From positions 5,980-69,979 of the forward strand of contig CANPZO010000012.1 in NCBI GenBank assembly GCA_947589005.1: a stretch of 64,000 nt of DNA, in the 5' to 3' direction. Of this stretch, positions 27,339 through 38,704 are shown in pieces. The position numbers and the translations under genes are program-made. The notes under the pieces were generated by a model. The model was not told where the DNA came from, did not search any database, and saw only the letters and a list, made by a program, of their open reading frames with translations. How positions within the stretch are numbered: the stretch's first letter is position 1; each line of letters opens with the position of its first letter. Source of the DNA: an uncultured Clostridia bacterium (GTDB lineage Bacteria; Bacillota; Clostridia; UMGS1883).

Positions 27339-30300
27339 TTATTTTTCAAACACATTGCCGAGGGGCTTCAACCCCGAAAGGCCGTCCCACACAAAGGCCC
27401 GAACGACCGCGCCCTCACCGGCCCGAAGCCGCACGCTTTCGACCAGAGTCCCTTTGGGGAAGGCGCGCCTTACGGCGGCCATATCGACCAAGGCGCCGTC
27501 CTCATAAGCGGCCACTATGAGGGTGTCCTCTCCGGCGGAGTCGTCATTTTTTGTAAAAGTCACCTTGATTAAGAGCCCGCCGCCGTCGGGAGCGGCGTCT
27601 ATTTCGGTGACGCTGTACGCGGCCTCCCCGGTTCGGGCCGTCACGCTGACGGCGCAGCTCGCGCTGTAGCCCTCCCCGGCCGAAACGGTTATGACCGCCG
27701 TCCCCGCCGAAACCGCCGTCACCGTGCCGCCGTTCACGGAGGCCACGCCCACGTCGGAGGAGGTCCATACAAGCGGCGCGCCCTTAATTTTGTCGGAAGC
27801 GATAACGGCCTCCAAGTCCGCGTTATTTCCGATTTCAAGGTCAAGCGCGGTTTTGTTCAGGCTTATGGCCGCGGCCGCGCCGTCGAGGGCGGAGTTTCCC
27901 TTGCCCTTGCCGACCCTTTCCCACTCGTCCGCGCCGCCGTCGTACTTAACCTCGGCGCCGTCCATGCCGAAAAGGGCGTTCGCGCCGACGGACGTCACTC
28001 CGGCGCCGATATATACGGACTTTATCTCGTCCGCGCGGTTGTACCACGGGGCGCAGGCTTCCTTATATGACGGCACGGCGCCGCCGCCCTCAAAGATAAG
28101 CTCGCCGCCGGCAAGTCTCCAGCTCAAATCATCGCTCAGCGTACCGGCGGTGGGGTTCATGGACTTGGGGAATTTTGCGCCGCTCCAGGAGTATCCGGCG
28201 TTCCGAAAGTAGTCGCCGTCTTTCATATAGGTGGAATAATCGCCGTACCTTGTGTCCGTAGCGTCAACATGGTACCAGCCGTTTCCAAGATTGACCATGT
28301 TCCACCGGTGGGCAAGGACGCCGTACCTGCCGGTACACTTGCCTTCCACGTAGGAATACTCAATGCCCAGCCGCCGCATACACAGGCCGAAGACCTCGGC
28401 GTAGCCGGCGCATGACGCCCCGCCCATGAACAGTGCTCCGTAGGCGCCGGTATCACGGACGTCGCCGACGGTGTAGTGAACATTTTTGCATATCCAGTCA
28501 TAGACCTTCCTGACGGAGTCCTCATTGGGCCCGCTCGCGCCTGTCTCCTCAAGTATCTGATCGACGTAATCGGATATGAGCGCGGCGTCAAGCTCGGGCC
28601 TTGCGCCCATGATATCCCTCGAATATTCGTTGTATCCGGGCAGCTCGAACAGATTTTCACAGAAAGGAGTGTTTTTGAAAACAGATATATTGAAATTGTC
28701 GAGATAGGTATATATGTCGTTAAGCTCCTCCCTGCCGAAGTTCACCAGGCTCAGGGATTTACAGCCCCGAAACGCCTCTTTCCCCAGAGTTTTGACGGTG
28801 CTTGGAATGTATATGTTGTTGAGGAGTATACAGTTTTCAAACGCCCCGTCGCCGATATACTCCAAGCCCTCGGGCAGCTCGGCGTAAACGATAAATCCGG
28901 CCCGGGTCAAACCGCCGCGGCCTATGCCCTTGACCGGCAGCCCCTGATACGCGGCGGGCACGACGGCCTTCCGCGCCTCAAAGGGATTTGTCAAGCCGAC
29001 GACCTCGTAATATTCGCCGTCTACAAGGTTGTATTCCAGCTCGGCGACTTCGACCTCCGTTTCGCTTTTGCCCAGATACTCGACCCTAAAGCCGCAGGAC
29101 AAGGCGTAAATATCCGCAAAGCTGTTTTCATAGACCGCCATTACCGCGTCCTTCGGCACTCCGTTAAAGGCGGTGGAGGCTATCTCGGTTATATTCTGGC
29201 CGAGGGCAATCCGCTTAAGGCTTTTGCAGTCCTCAAACGCGCTTTCGCCGACAGCGGTTACGGCGTCGGGGAGCTCTATTTCGCTCAGAGCCTCACAGCC
29301 GATAAACGCCTTGGCTTCTATATTCGTTATGCTTTGCGGTATGTCTATGTGCGTCAGGCTCCTGCAATAAGCGAAAAAGCCCTCGTTCAGGCGCGTGACG
29401 CCCTCGGGAAGGTTCACGCTTTCAAGCGCGTGACAGCCCCAGAAAATGTTTTTGGACATTCCCTGCAGCGTTCCGGGCAGCTTAACCTCCCGCAGCGACT
29501 CGCAGCCCCGGAACATCTCGCTGTTAAGGACGGTAAGCCCGTCGGAGAAAACCGCGCTTTCAAGGGCGGCGCAATTATAGAACGCCTGCTGGCCCATAAC
29601 CGTGAGCCCTTTGGGGAGAACCACGTTTTTCAGCTTTTCGCAGCCCGAAAAGGCTTTTTCACCGATATCGCTGAGCCCGTCGGGGAAATCCGCCTCCTCA
29701 AGAGAGGAGCAGTCCAAAAAGGCGCTCGCGCATATGCGGGTCAGCGTGGGCGGAAATTCAACTTTGCTCAGGGCGGAGCAGTAGCGAAAAGCGTAAAAGC
29801 TTATATCCTCAAGGCCGGAGGGCAGCTCCAGCGTCTTAAGGCGGCTGAAGCTTTCAAAGTCGCTCGAGCCTATATACGTTATGCCGCCGCTTATGGACAG
29901 GGCTTCGGCCACGGCGGAAAAGCCGCTCCACGGCGACGGTTTGTTCATATAATCCGGCAGACGTCCGCTGCCCGTGACCGTAAGGCTCCGATTAAGGAAG
30001 TCGTACACCCACTCCGCGTCGCAGCCGCCGTCCTCTATAACGCCGCCCGCGGACATTTCGCTCCCCCGCGGCGCGAAGAAATATCCGTTTTCTTTGGCGA
30101 ACTTTTCGGTATAGCCGCCGGGGTCGGCAATAAGCAGCACCGTTTTCGGCAGCGCATTTTGGCCGATGCTTTCCACGGAATTCGGCACATCGACGGCCAC
30201 AATGTCATAGCTGTACTTCATAAGCTGGCCGCTTATCGACTTTACGGGCAGGCCGTCGATCTCCTCCGGAATGACCATAACGGGATCGCCGCCGTGATAG

Positions 30301-30458
30301 TCGGTGACGGAAATATGGTCGTCAAATATATTGTAGCTGATGCCGCTTTCGGTTACGCCGACACCGTTAAACGCGGCCGAGCCGGGCAGCGGCCGCGCCG
30401 CGAAGGCCGCGCAAAAGACGAAAAACGACGACAGCATTGATAATATCCTGTTTTTCAT
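27339..30458 (-). CDS. Large secreted protein: BspA-type leucine-rich repeats + transglutaminase-like cysteine protease domain + Big_2 Ig-like domain
   Basis: Signal peptide MKNRILSMLSSFFVFCAAFAARPLPGSAAF. At least 10 Cys-containing BspA LRR units (AFSGCEKLKNVVLPKGLTVMGQQAFYNC...). Cys/His/Asp triad context GASCAGYAEVF ... AHRWNMV ... HVDATD. Big_2-like TVTAVSAGTAVITVSA. Start moved to M68 of the ORF (RBS GGAGATG). Confidence 0.8.
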   Translation of the reverse strand: MKNRILSMLSSFFVFCAAFAARPLPGSAAFNGVGVTESGISYNIFDDHISVTDYHGGDPVMVIPEEIDGLPVKSISGQLMKYSYDIVAVDVPNSVESIGQNALPKTVLLIADPGGYTEKFAKENGYFFAPRGSEMSAGGVIEDGGCDAEWVYDFLNRSLTVTGSGRLPDYMNKPSPWSGFSAVAEALSISGGITYIGSSDFESFSRLKTLELPSGLEDISFYAFRYCSALSKVEFPPTLTRICASAFLDCSSLEEADFPDGLSDIGEKAFSGCEKLKNVVLPKGLTVMGQQAFYNCAALESAVFSDGLTVLNSEMFRGCESLREVKLPGTLQGMSKNIFWGCHALESVNLPEGVTRLNEGFFAYCRSLTHIDIPQSITNIEAKAFIGCEALSEIELPDAVTAVGESAFEDCKSLKRIALGQNITEIASTAFNGVPKDAVMAVYENSFADIYALSCGFRVEYLGKSETEVEVAELEYNLVDGEYYEVVGLTNPFEARKAVVPAAYQGLPVKGIGRGGLTRAGFIVYAELPEGLEYIGDGAFENCILLNNIYIPSTVKTLGKEAFRGCKSLSLVNFGREELNDIYTYLDNFNISVFKNTPFCENLFELPGYNEYSRDIMGARPELDAALISDYVDQILEETGASGPNEDSVRKVYDWICKNVHYTVGDVRDTGAYGALFMGGASCAGYAEVFGLCMRRLGIEYSYVEGKCTGRYGVLAHRWNMVNLGNGWYHVDATDTRYGDYSTYMKDGDYFRNAGYSWSGAKFPKSMNPTAGTLSDDLSWRLAGGELIFEGGGAVPSYKEACAPWYNRADEIKSVYIGAGVTSVGANALFGMDGAEVKYDGGADEWERVGKGKGNSALDGAAAAISLNKTALDLEIGNNADLEAVIASDKIKGAPLVWTSSDVGVASVNGGTVTAVSAGTAVITVSAGEGYSASCAVSVTARTGEAAYSVTEIDAAPDGGGLLIKVTFTKNDDSAGEDTLIVAAYEDGALVDMAAVRRAFPKGTLVESVRLRAGEGAVVRAFVWDGLSGLKPLGNVFEK

Positions 30459-30822
30459 TCGAAGCACATCTCCAATTTTTAAATCTGAAAACCCGTTATT
30501 TATATCATAACTATAGCACAAATATTCCCGCAAGTCAATAAGGTACCTCAATTTATACCGCCGCTTGTCCGCGGGAGGACCGGCGCTTTTTCGCCCCCTT
30601 GCGCCCCTGACGGGGCGCCGGGGAGAAAACGGGCGGGGAGGACGGGGCGGTTTTTGCATAAAAAACGCTGTAAAAGCCGATATCTACGGGACTTTCCACG
30701 CTCTCGCCCCCGCCGGAGCAAAAATTTTTTAAAAAAACTCAAAAAATTTTTAAAAAAGACTGGAAATTTTTGTACGGACAGTATATAATAGATGTGAACT
30801 ACAACATAAGGAGGAAACCCCA

Positions 30823-33462
<2,640 letters not shown>

Positions 33463-33482
33463 AAATTTCCGAAACAACGCAA

Positions 33483-33512
33483 CAGCCCGGCCATACGGTC
33501 GGGCTGTTTTTT
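33483..33512 (+). terminator. Rho-independent terminator after ppdK
   Basis: CAGCCCGGCC-atac-GGTCGGGCTG followed by TTTTTT. Confidence 0.85.
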
Positions 33513-33567
33513 ACAATTGCGAGGTTTTTTGTCCGTCATGAGGGACGGCGGTCATGGGGTCCCCCGC

Positions 33568-33651
33568 AAAGCCGACAGGCTTTGTGGGGAAAAGGAGGAG
33601 CAGCCGAGCGAGCCAAACGGTGACTTTTTTGTGGAGCATAAAAAGTCGCCG
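33568..33651 (+). repeat. Structured repeat R1: hairpin - GTGGGGAAAAGGAGGAGCAGCCGAGCGAGCCAAA - hairpin
   Basis: Hairpin 1 AAAGCC-gacag-GGCTTT; hairpin 2 CGGTGACTTTTT-gtggagcat-AAAAAGTCGCCG. Same architecture as R2 (33788-33890) and R3 (60914-60997). Confidence 0.5.
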
Positions 33652-33787
33652 CAAGCTAAGCGAGGCTTGCGACGACGCGGCAGCCCGCCCTACACTACAT
33701 TGTTACGTTAGTGCTCCGTAGGGCGGCTTGCCCTCAAGCCGCCGACTCCTATAGATGGACAAACAAGCCGCCGAGGGCGGTACCGCT

Positions 33788-33890
33788 CCACACAAACAAC
33801 GAAGTTGTTTGTGTGGAAAAGGAGGAACAGCGGCGCGAGCCATTGTTCCGATTTTGAAAAAATCGGAACAAGCGATGCAACGCTTGTTCC
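33788..33890 (+). repeat. Structured repeat R2: hairpin - AAAAGGAGGAACAGCGGCGCGAGCCATT - hairpin (plus overlapping third hairpin)
   Basis: Hairpin 1 CCACACAAACAAC-gaa-GTTGTTTGTGTGG; hairpin 2 GTTCCGATTTT-gaa-AAAATCGGAAC; overlapping GGAACAAGCG-atgcaa-CGCTTGTTCC. Confidence 0.5.
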
Positions 33891-33999
33891 GACGCCGTTC
33901 TGCACAATTTTTTTGGACAGCCCCCATGTTTCCAGATTACATAGTGAGTTTCTTACAACTTACGCTTTTTACAAGGGAAAAAATTTTTTTAAAAAGCAC

Positions 34000-34028
34000 T
34001 TGACAAAACCGTGTGCGCATAGTATAAT
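34000..34028 (+). promoter_or_regulatory. Consensus sigma-70-type promoter TTGACA-17-TATAAT driving the tRNA cluster
   Basis: cTTGACAaaaccgtgtgcgcatagTATAATaag; 22 nt before tRNA-Asn. Confidence 0.65.
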
Positions 34029-34050
34029 AAGTAAGTCGGCAGCGATGCCG

Positions 34051-34126
34051 GTCTGAATATTCCTCAATAGCTCAGTCGGTAGAGCATGCGGCTGTTAACC
34101 GCAGGGTCGTTGGTTCGAGTCCAACT
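34051..34126 (+). tRNA. tRNA-Asn (GTT), CCA encoded
   Basis: Manual cloverleaf: acceptor TCCTCAA/TTGAGGA, anticodon loop CTGTTAA, T-arm GTTGG-TTCGAGT-CCAAC, 3' GCCA. Confidence 0.9.
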
Positions 34127-34129
34127 TGA

Positions 34130-34204
34130 GGAGCCATTCGGCCCGATGGTCAAGAGGTTAAGACACCGCCCTTTCACGGCGGTATCGGGGGTTCAATTCC
34201 CCCT
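34130..34204 (+). tRNA. tRNA-Glu (TTC), CCA encoded
   Basis: Acceptor GGCCCGA/TCGGGTC (one G-U), anticodon arm CCGCC-CTTTCAC-GGCGG, T-arm GGGGG-TTCAATT-CCCCC, ACCA. Confidence 0.9.
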
Positions 34205-34221
34205 CGGGTCACCACGGCCGA

Positions 34222-34298
34222 TGAGGCCCGCGGGCCATTAGCTCAGTTGGTTAGAGCATCCGGCTCATAACCGGACGGTCCAAGGTTCGAGTCCTTGA
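34222..34298 (+). tRNA. tRNA with CAT anticodon (elongator Met, or Ile2/lysidine type; not initiator), CCA encoded
   Basis: Acceptor GGGCCAT/ATGGCCC, anticodon arm TCCGG-CTCATAA-CCGGA (no GGG/CCC stem, so not fMet), T-arm GGTTCGAGTCC. Confidence 0.85.
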
Positions 34299-34338
34299 TG
34301 GCCCACCACGGCGCCGGAGCAAAGACAGCTTTGCTCCG
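34299..34338 (+). terminator. Rho-independent terminator after tRNA cluster
   Basis: GCGCCGGAGCAAAG-acag-CTTTGCTCCGGCGC followed by TTTTCC. Confidence 0.75.
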
Positions 34339-34426
34339 GCGCTTTTCCGTTAAAACCGCGTGCGCGGCTTTAACGGACTTTTTATTTTTGCGTCGGTTTT
34401 GCGGCGATTTTTTTCGTAAAAACCTA

Positions 34427-34455
34427 TTGAATAACTTCCGTTTTTGTGATATAAT
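34427..34455 (+). promoter_or_regulatory. Putative promoter TTGAAT-17-TATAAT (extended TGaTATAAT) for recJ-relA
   Basis: aTTGAATaacttccgtttttgtgaTATAATatt. Confidence 0.45.
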
Positions 34456-34498
34456 ATTATTATCTATAATTGTATTCGGCGGAAAGGGCGGTGACATA

Positions 34499-36499
34499 AT
34501 GACGGCCAAAGAATGGGTGTTCCCGAAAAACGAGGCGGACGGCGAGACTGTCCGCCGGCTTTGCGGCGCCTTTGGACTGCCGGAGGCTGTGGCAAGGGTC
34601 ATGGTGAACAGGGGCCTCGGCCGCGTAGAGGACGCGCGGCGCTTTTTGACAAAGGACACCGGCTGTCTCCACGACCCCCTCGCCATGGCGGACATGGACA
34701 AGGCCGCCGCCCGAATTCGCGCCGCCATCGAAAACGGCGAAAAAATCACCGTCTACGGGGATTACGACGTGGACGGCATAACCGCCACCGCCCTTATGGT
34801 GCGATATCTCCGCGGCCGCGGCGCCGTCGCCGACGCCTATATCCCCGACCGTCAGACCGAGGGCTACGGCATCAACCGCGGCGCCTTGGACAAAATAGCC
34901 GCCGGCGGCACAAAGCTGGTGGTGACCGTGGACACGGGCATAACCGCCGTTGACGAGGCGGAGTACGCCGGAGAGCTGGGCCTCGATATGATAATCACCG
35001 ACCACCACGAGTGCAAGGAAACCCTCCCGTCCGCCGCCGCGGTGGTAAATCCCAAGCGTCCGGACTGCCCCTATCCCTTTAAAGAGCTGGCGGGCGTGGG
35101 CGTGGCCTTTAAGCTGGTCTGCGCGCTGGACGGCGGCTACGGGGCCGTGCTTGAAAGCTACGGCGATATCGTGGCTTTGGGCACCATCGCCGACGTGGTT
35201 TCGCTCACCGACGAAAACCGCGCCATCGTGGATTACGGCATAAAAAAGATGAACACCGCTCCCAACCCCGGGCTTGGCGCGGTGATGAATATAGTAAGCG
35301 TCTCCAAGTGGAACAGCAGCGCCGTGGTCAGCTACTCCGTGGCGCCGAGGCTAAACGCCGCCGGCAGGATGAGCAGCGCCATGACCGGAGTGGAGCTGCT
35401 GCTTACGGAGGACGCCGGAAAAGCCGGAGAGCTGGCCCTGTTCCTTGACGAGGAAAACCGCCGCCGTCAGCAGGAGGAAAGCGTTATCTTCGCCGAGGCC
35501 GCGGAAATGATAAACCGGCAGGACTGCTTCGGCAAAAAGGTCATCGTTCTGGCAAAGCGCGGCTGGCACCACGGAATTATCGGGGTGGTGGCCTCGCGCA
35601 TATGCGACAAATTCAACAAAACCTGCATCCTCATTTCGGTAGAGGACGGGCGCTGCAAGAGCAGCGGCCGAAGCGTGGAGGGCTTCAACCTTTTCGAGGC
35701 CCTGAGCCGCTGCGGAGACATACTGGAAAAATTCGGCGGCCACGCCTACGCCGCGGGCTTCAGCATAGCCGAGGAGAATATACCCGAGCTGGACCGGCGG
35801 CTCAACGAGTACGCCGACGAGATATTCGAGCGGGAGCCCGCCCCCCGGCTGTACATAGACGCCGAAATCGACATAAGCGACCTCAATCTGGACACCGTGC
35901 GCAAAACCGAGGTGCTGTGCCCATACGGGGCCGGCAACAAGACGCCGGTTTTCGCCCTGTCGGAAATGAGGATATCCGACCTGCGGCTGCTGTCCGGCGG
36001 CCGTCACTGCCGCCTGCTGTGCGAAAAGGAGGGACTCAGGGTCGAGGCCATAGCCTTCGGCATGGGCGGGATAGCGAACGAGTACGGCATAGGCGATATC
36101 GTTGATTTGGCGGGAGAAATGAACATAAACTATTATAACGGCACCGAAAGGGTGCAGCTTGTGCTGGCGGACCTGAGGTTGAGCCGCCGCCGTCCCGGGG
36201 ACATACTCCCCTCAAGGGACGACTTCGCCGACATTTACCGCTATATAAAGCGGCGGCAGGGGCCCATCCGCGCCGAGGCCGCCGTGCTGGCCAACGACGT
36301 TTCTCTGGCGATGCGCCGCCGCATAAAGCGTGAAAAGCTCATGGGCGCCCTCAGCGTCTTTGACGACGTGGGCATAATAAGACTGGGCGTCCTGGGGGAT
36401 ATGGTGAAGGTGGAGCTGCTGCCCGCGGAGGCGGGACAAAAGGTGAACCTTGATTCCAGCCCCGAATACATAAGAATAAAGAAAAGCCTAAATCTATAG
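34499..36499 (+). CDS. recJ: Single-stranded-DNA-specific 5'-3' exonuclease RecJ
   Basis: DHH family motifs (ITVYGDYDVDGITATA, ITDHHE) and DHHA1 (GGHAYAAG). Start at MTAKEW, not the ORF-track start upstream. Confidence 0.9.
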   Translation: MTAKEWVFPKNEADGETVRRLCGAFGLPEAVARVMVNRGLGRVEDARRFLTKDTGCLHDPLAMADMDKAAARIRAAIENGEKITVYGDYDVDGITATALMVRYLRGRGAVADAYIPDRQTEGYGINRGALDKIAAGGTKLVVTVDTGITAVDEAEYAGELGLDMIITDHHECKETLPSAAAVVNPKRPDCPYPFKELAGVGVAFKLVCALDGGYGAVLESYGDIVALGTIADVVSLTDENRAIVDYGIKKMNTAPNPGLGAVMNIVSVSKWNSSAVVSYSVAPRLNAAGRMSSAMTGVELLLTEDAGKAGELALFLDEENRRRQQEESVIFAEAAEMINRQDCFGKKVIVLAKRGWHHGIIGVVASRICDKFNKTCILISVEDGRCKSSGRSVEGFNLFEALSRCGDILEKFGGHAYAAGFSIAEENIPELDRRLNEYADEIFEREPAPRLYIDAEIDISDLNLDTVRKTEVLCPYGAGNKTPVFALSEMRISDLRLLSGGRHCRLLCEKEGLRVEAIAFGMGGIANEYGIGDIVDLAGEMNINYYNGTERVQLVLADLRLSRRRPGDILPSRDDFADIYRYIKRRQGPIRAEAAVLANDVSLAMRRRIKREKLMGALSVFDDVGIIRLGVLGDMVKVELLPAEAGQKVNLDSSPEYIRIKKSLNL

Positions 36500-36520
36500 T
36501 TCAACGGGAGTTGATGACTT

Positions 36521-38695
36521 GTGAAATACGAGGACCCGAGCTTCGATAAATTAATAAATACAATGAACGCCCACGGCAAGTGCTCCCCGGAGACGGAGGA
36601 CAACGTGCGGCGGGCCTACGAGCTCTGCCGCGACGCCCATTCGGAGCAGGTGCGCCTTTCGGGTGAGCCCTACTACATCCACCCCATGGCCGTGGCTCAG
36701 ATACTGGCGGAAATGGGCATGGACGGGGAAACCGTCATAGCCGGTCTGCTCCACGACGTTATCGAGGACACCGAGTACGGATACGACGAAATAAAGGATA
36801 TGTTCGGAGACGACGTGGCCCTGCTGGTGGACGGAGTCACAAAGCTCAAAAAAATAAAGTACGTTTCGCGTGAGGACCAGCAGGTGGAAAACCTGCGCAA
36901 GATGTTTTTCGCCATGGCCAAGGACATCCGCGTAATACTCATAAAGCTGGCCGACCGGCTGCACAATATGCGCACGCTGAAATATATGCCTCCGGAAAAA
37001 CAGCGCATCATCGCCAAGGAGACCTTGGACGTGTTCGCGCCGCTGGCTCACCGGCTGGGTATTTCTCAGATAAAGTGCGAGCTGGAGGACCTGTCCCTCA
37101 GATACCTTGACAGCGTGGCCTTTTACGAGATAGCCCAGGGCCTTGACCAGAAGAAGGCCGAGCGCGACGCCTACGTTCAGCTCATAAGGGACACCATCGA
37201 GACCAAAATGCAGGCCATGGGCATAAAAAGCCAAATCAGCGGCCGCGCCAAGCATATTTACAGCATATTCCGCAAAATGTACAGTCAGGGCAAGAGCCTT
37301 GACGAGATATACGACCTCTTCGCGGTGCGCATTATCGTGGACAACGTCAGCGAGTGCTACGCCGCCCTCGGCATGGTTCACGAGCAGTACAAGCCCATAC
37401 CCGGCCGCTTCAAGGACTATATCGCCATGCCCAAGCCCAATATGTATCAGTCGCTCCACACCACGGTCATCGGTCCAGACGGCCGTCCCTTCGAGATACA
37501 GATACGCACCTGGGAGATGCACCGGGTGGCGGAGCAGGGCATTGCCGCCCACTGGAAGTACAAGGAGGGCGCCACGCCCGGAGACGAGAAAAAGCTGGCC
37601 TGGGTGGATAAGCTGGTGGAGATACAGAGCGAGGCCGACAATGACGAGGACTTCATGCGCACCCTGAAAATAGATATGTTTGCGGACGAGGTTTTCGTTT
37701 TCACTCCCAAGGGCAACGTCATCAGTCTGCCCATGGGCGCCACGCCCATAGATTTCGCCTTTTACATTCACACCGCCGTGGGCTACCGCATGACCGGCGC
37801 CAAGGCCAACACCCGCATCGTGCCTTTGGACTACAAGCTGCAAAACGGCGACATAGTGGAAATACTCACCTCCTCCACGGTCAAGGGCCCCAGCCGCGAT
37901 TGGCTTAAAATAGTAAAGACAAGTCAGGCCCGCAGCAAGATAAACGCCTGGTTTAAAAAGGAGAACCGTGATATAAACATCGAGCGGGGAAAGGAGGCCG
38001 TAGACCGCGAGCTGAAACGGCTGAACTATTTCAATCTCAACCTCCTCCGGCCCGAATTTATGGAGCCCATGCTCCGCCGCTACGGTTTCAAAACCGAGGA
38101 CGAAATGTACGCGGCCGTGGGTTACGGCGGCATAACGGCCGCCAAGATAGTCACCCGTCTGCGCGACCTTTACACCCAGCTTTCCAAGGACGAGCCGGCC
38201 GCGGAGCAGACGGTCCACGCTCCCAAGCCCAAGCGCCGCGGCAGCAGCGGCATCGAGGTGGAGGGCATAGACAACTGCCTTGTGCGCCTGTCCAAGTGCT
38301 GCAGTCCGGTGGCCGGCGACGACATAGTGGGCTTTATCACCCGAGGCCGCGGCGTCAGCGTACACCGCCGGGACTGCGCCAACATCCGCCCCGAAAACCT
38401 CACCGAGGAAATGCGGAGCCGCATGATAAAATGCACCTGGGCCGAGACCGACGGCCATTATAACTGTGAGCTCCAGCTTGAGGGCCCCAACCGCGACGGT
38501 ATGCTGGGCGACGTGACTGCCGTCATCAGCGACGTGAAGCTGCCCCTCATCGCCGTAAACGCCCGCGCCACCAAGGACAAAATGGGCATAATAAACATCA
38601 CCGTAGAGGTCAGCGACCGCGGCCAGATAGATATGCTGGTAAAGCGGCTTTACCGTATTCCAGGCATTTTCGAAGTACACCGCACGAATAATTAG
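36521..38695 (+). CDS. relA: Bifunctional (p)ppGpp synthetase/hydrolase, RelA/SpoT family
   Basis: HD hydrolase domain (HPMAVAQILAEMGMDGETVIAGLLHDVIEDT), synthetase domain (YKPIPGRFKDYIAMPKPNMYQSLHTTV), TGS and ACT C-terminal domains. GTG start. Confidence 0.9.
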   Translation: MKYEDPSFDKLINTMNAHGKCSPETEDNVRRAYELCRDAHSEQVRLSGEPYYIHPMAVAQILAEMGMDGETVIAGLLHDVIEDTEYGYDEIKDMFGDDVALLVDGVTKLKKIKYVSREDQQVENLRKMFFAMAKDIRVILIKLADRLHNMRTLKYMPPEKQRIIAKETLDVFAPLAHRLGISQIKCELEDLSLRYLDSVAFYEIAQGLDQKKAERDAYVQLIRDTIETKMQAMGIKSQISGRAKHIYSIFRKMYSQGKSLDEIYDLFAVRIIVDNVSECYAALGMVHEQYKPIPGRFKDYIAMPKPNMYQSLHTTVIGPDGRPFEIQIRTWEMHRVAEQGIAAHWKYKEGATPGDEKKLAWVDKLVEIQSEADNDEDFMRTLKIDMFADEVFVFTPKGNVISLPMGATPIDFAFYIHTAVGYRMTGAKANTRIVPLDYKLQNGDIVEILTSSTVKGPSRDWLKIVKTSQARSKINAWFKKENRDINIERGKEAVDRELKRLNYFNLNLLRPEFMEPMLRRYGFKTEDEMYAAVGYGGITAAKIVTRLRDLYTQLSKDEPAAEQTVHAPKPKRRGSSGIEVEGIDNCLVRLSKCCSPVAGDDIVGFITRGRGVSVHRRDCANIRPENLTEEMRSRMIKCTWAETDGHYNCELQLEGPNRDGMLGDVTAVISDVKLPLIAVNARATKDKMGIINITVEVSDRGQIDMLVKRLYRIPGIFEVHRTNN

Positions 38696-38704
38696 GAGGT
38701 TTTT

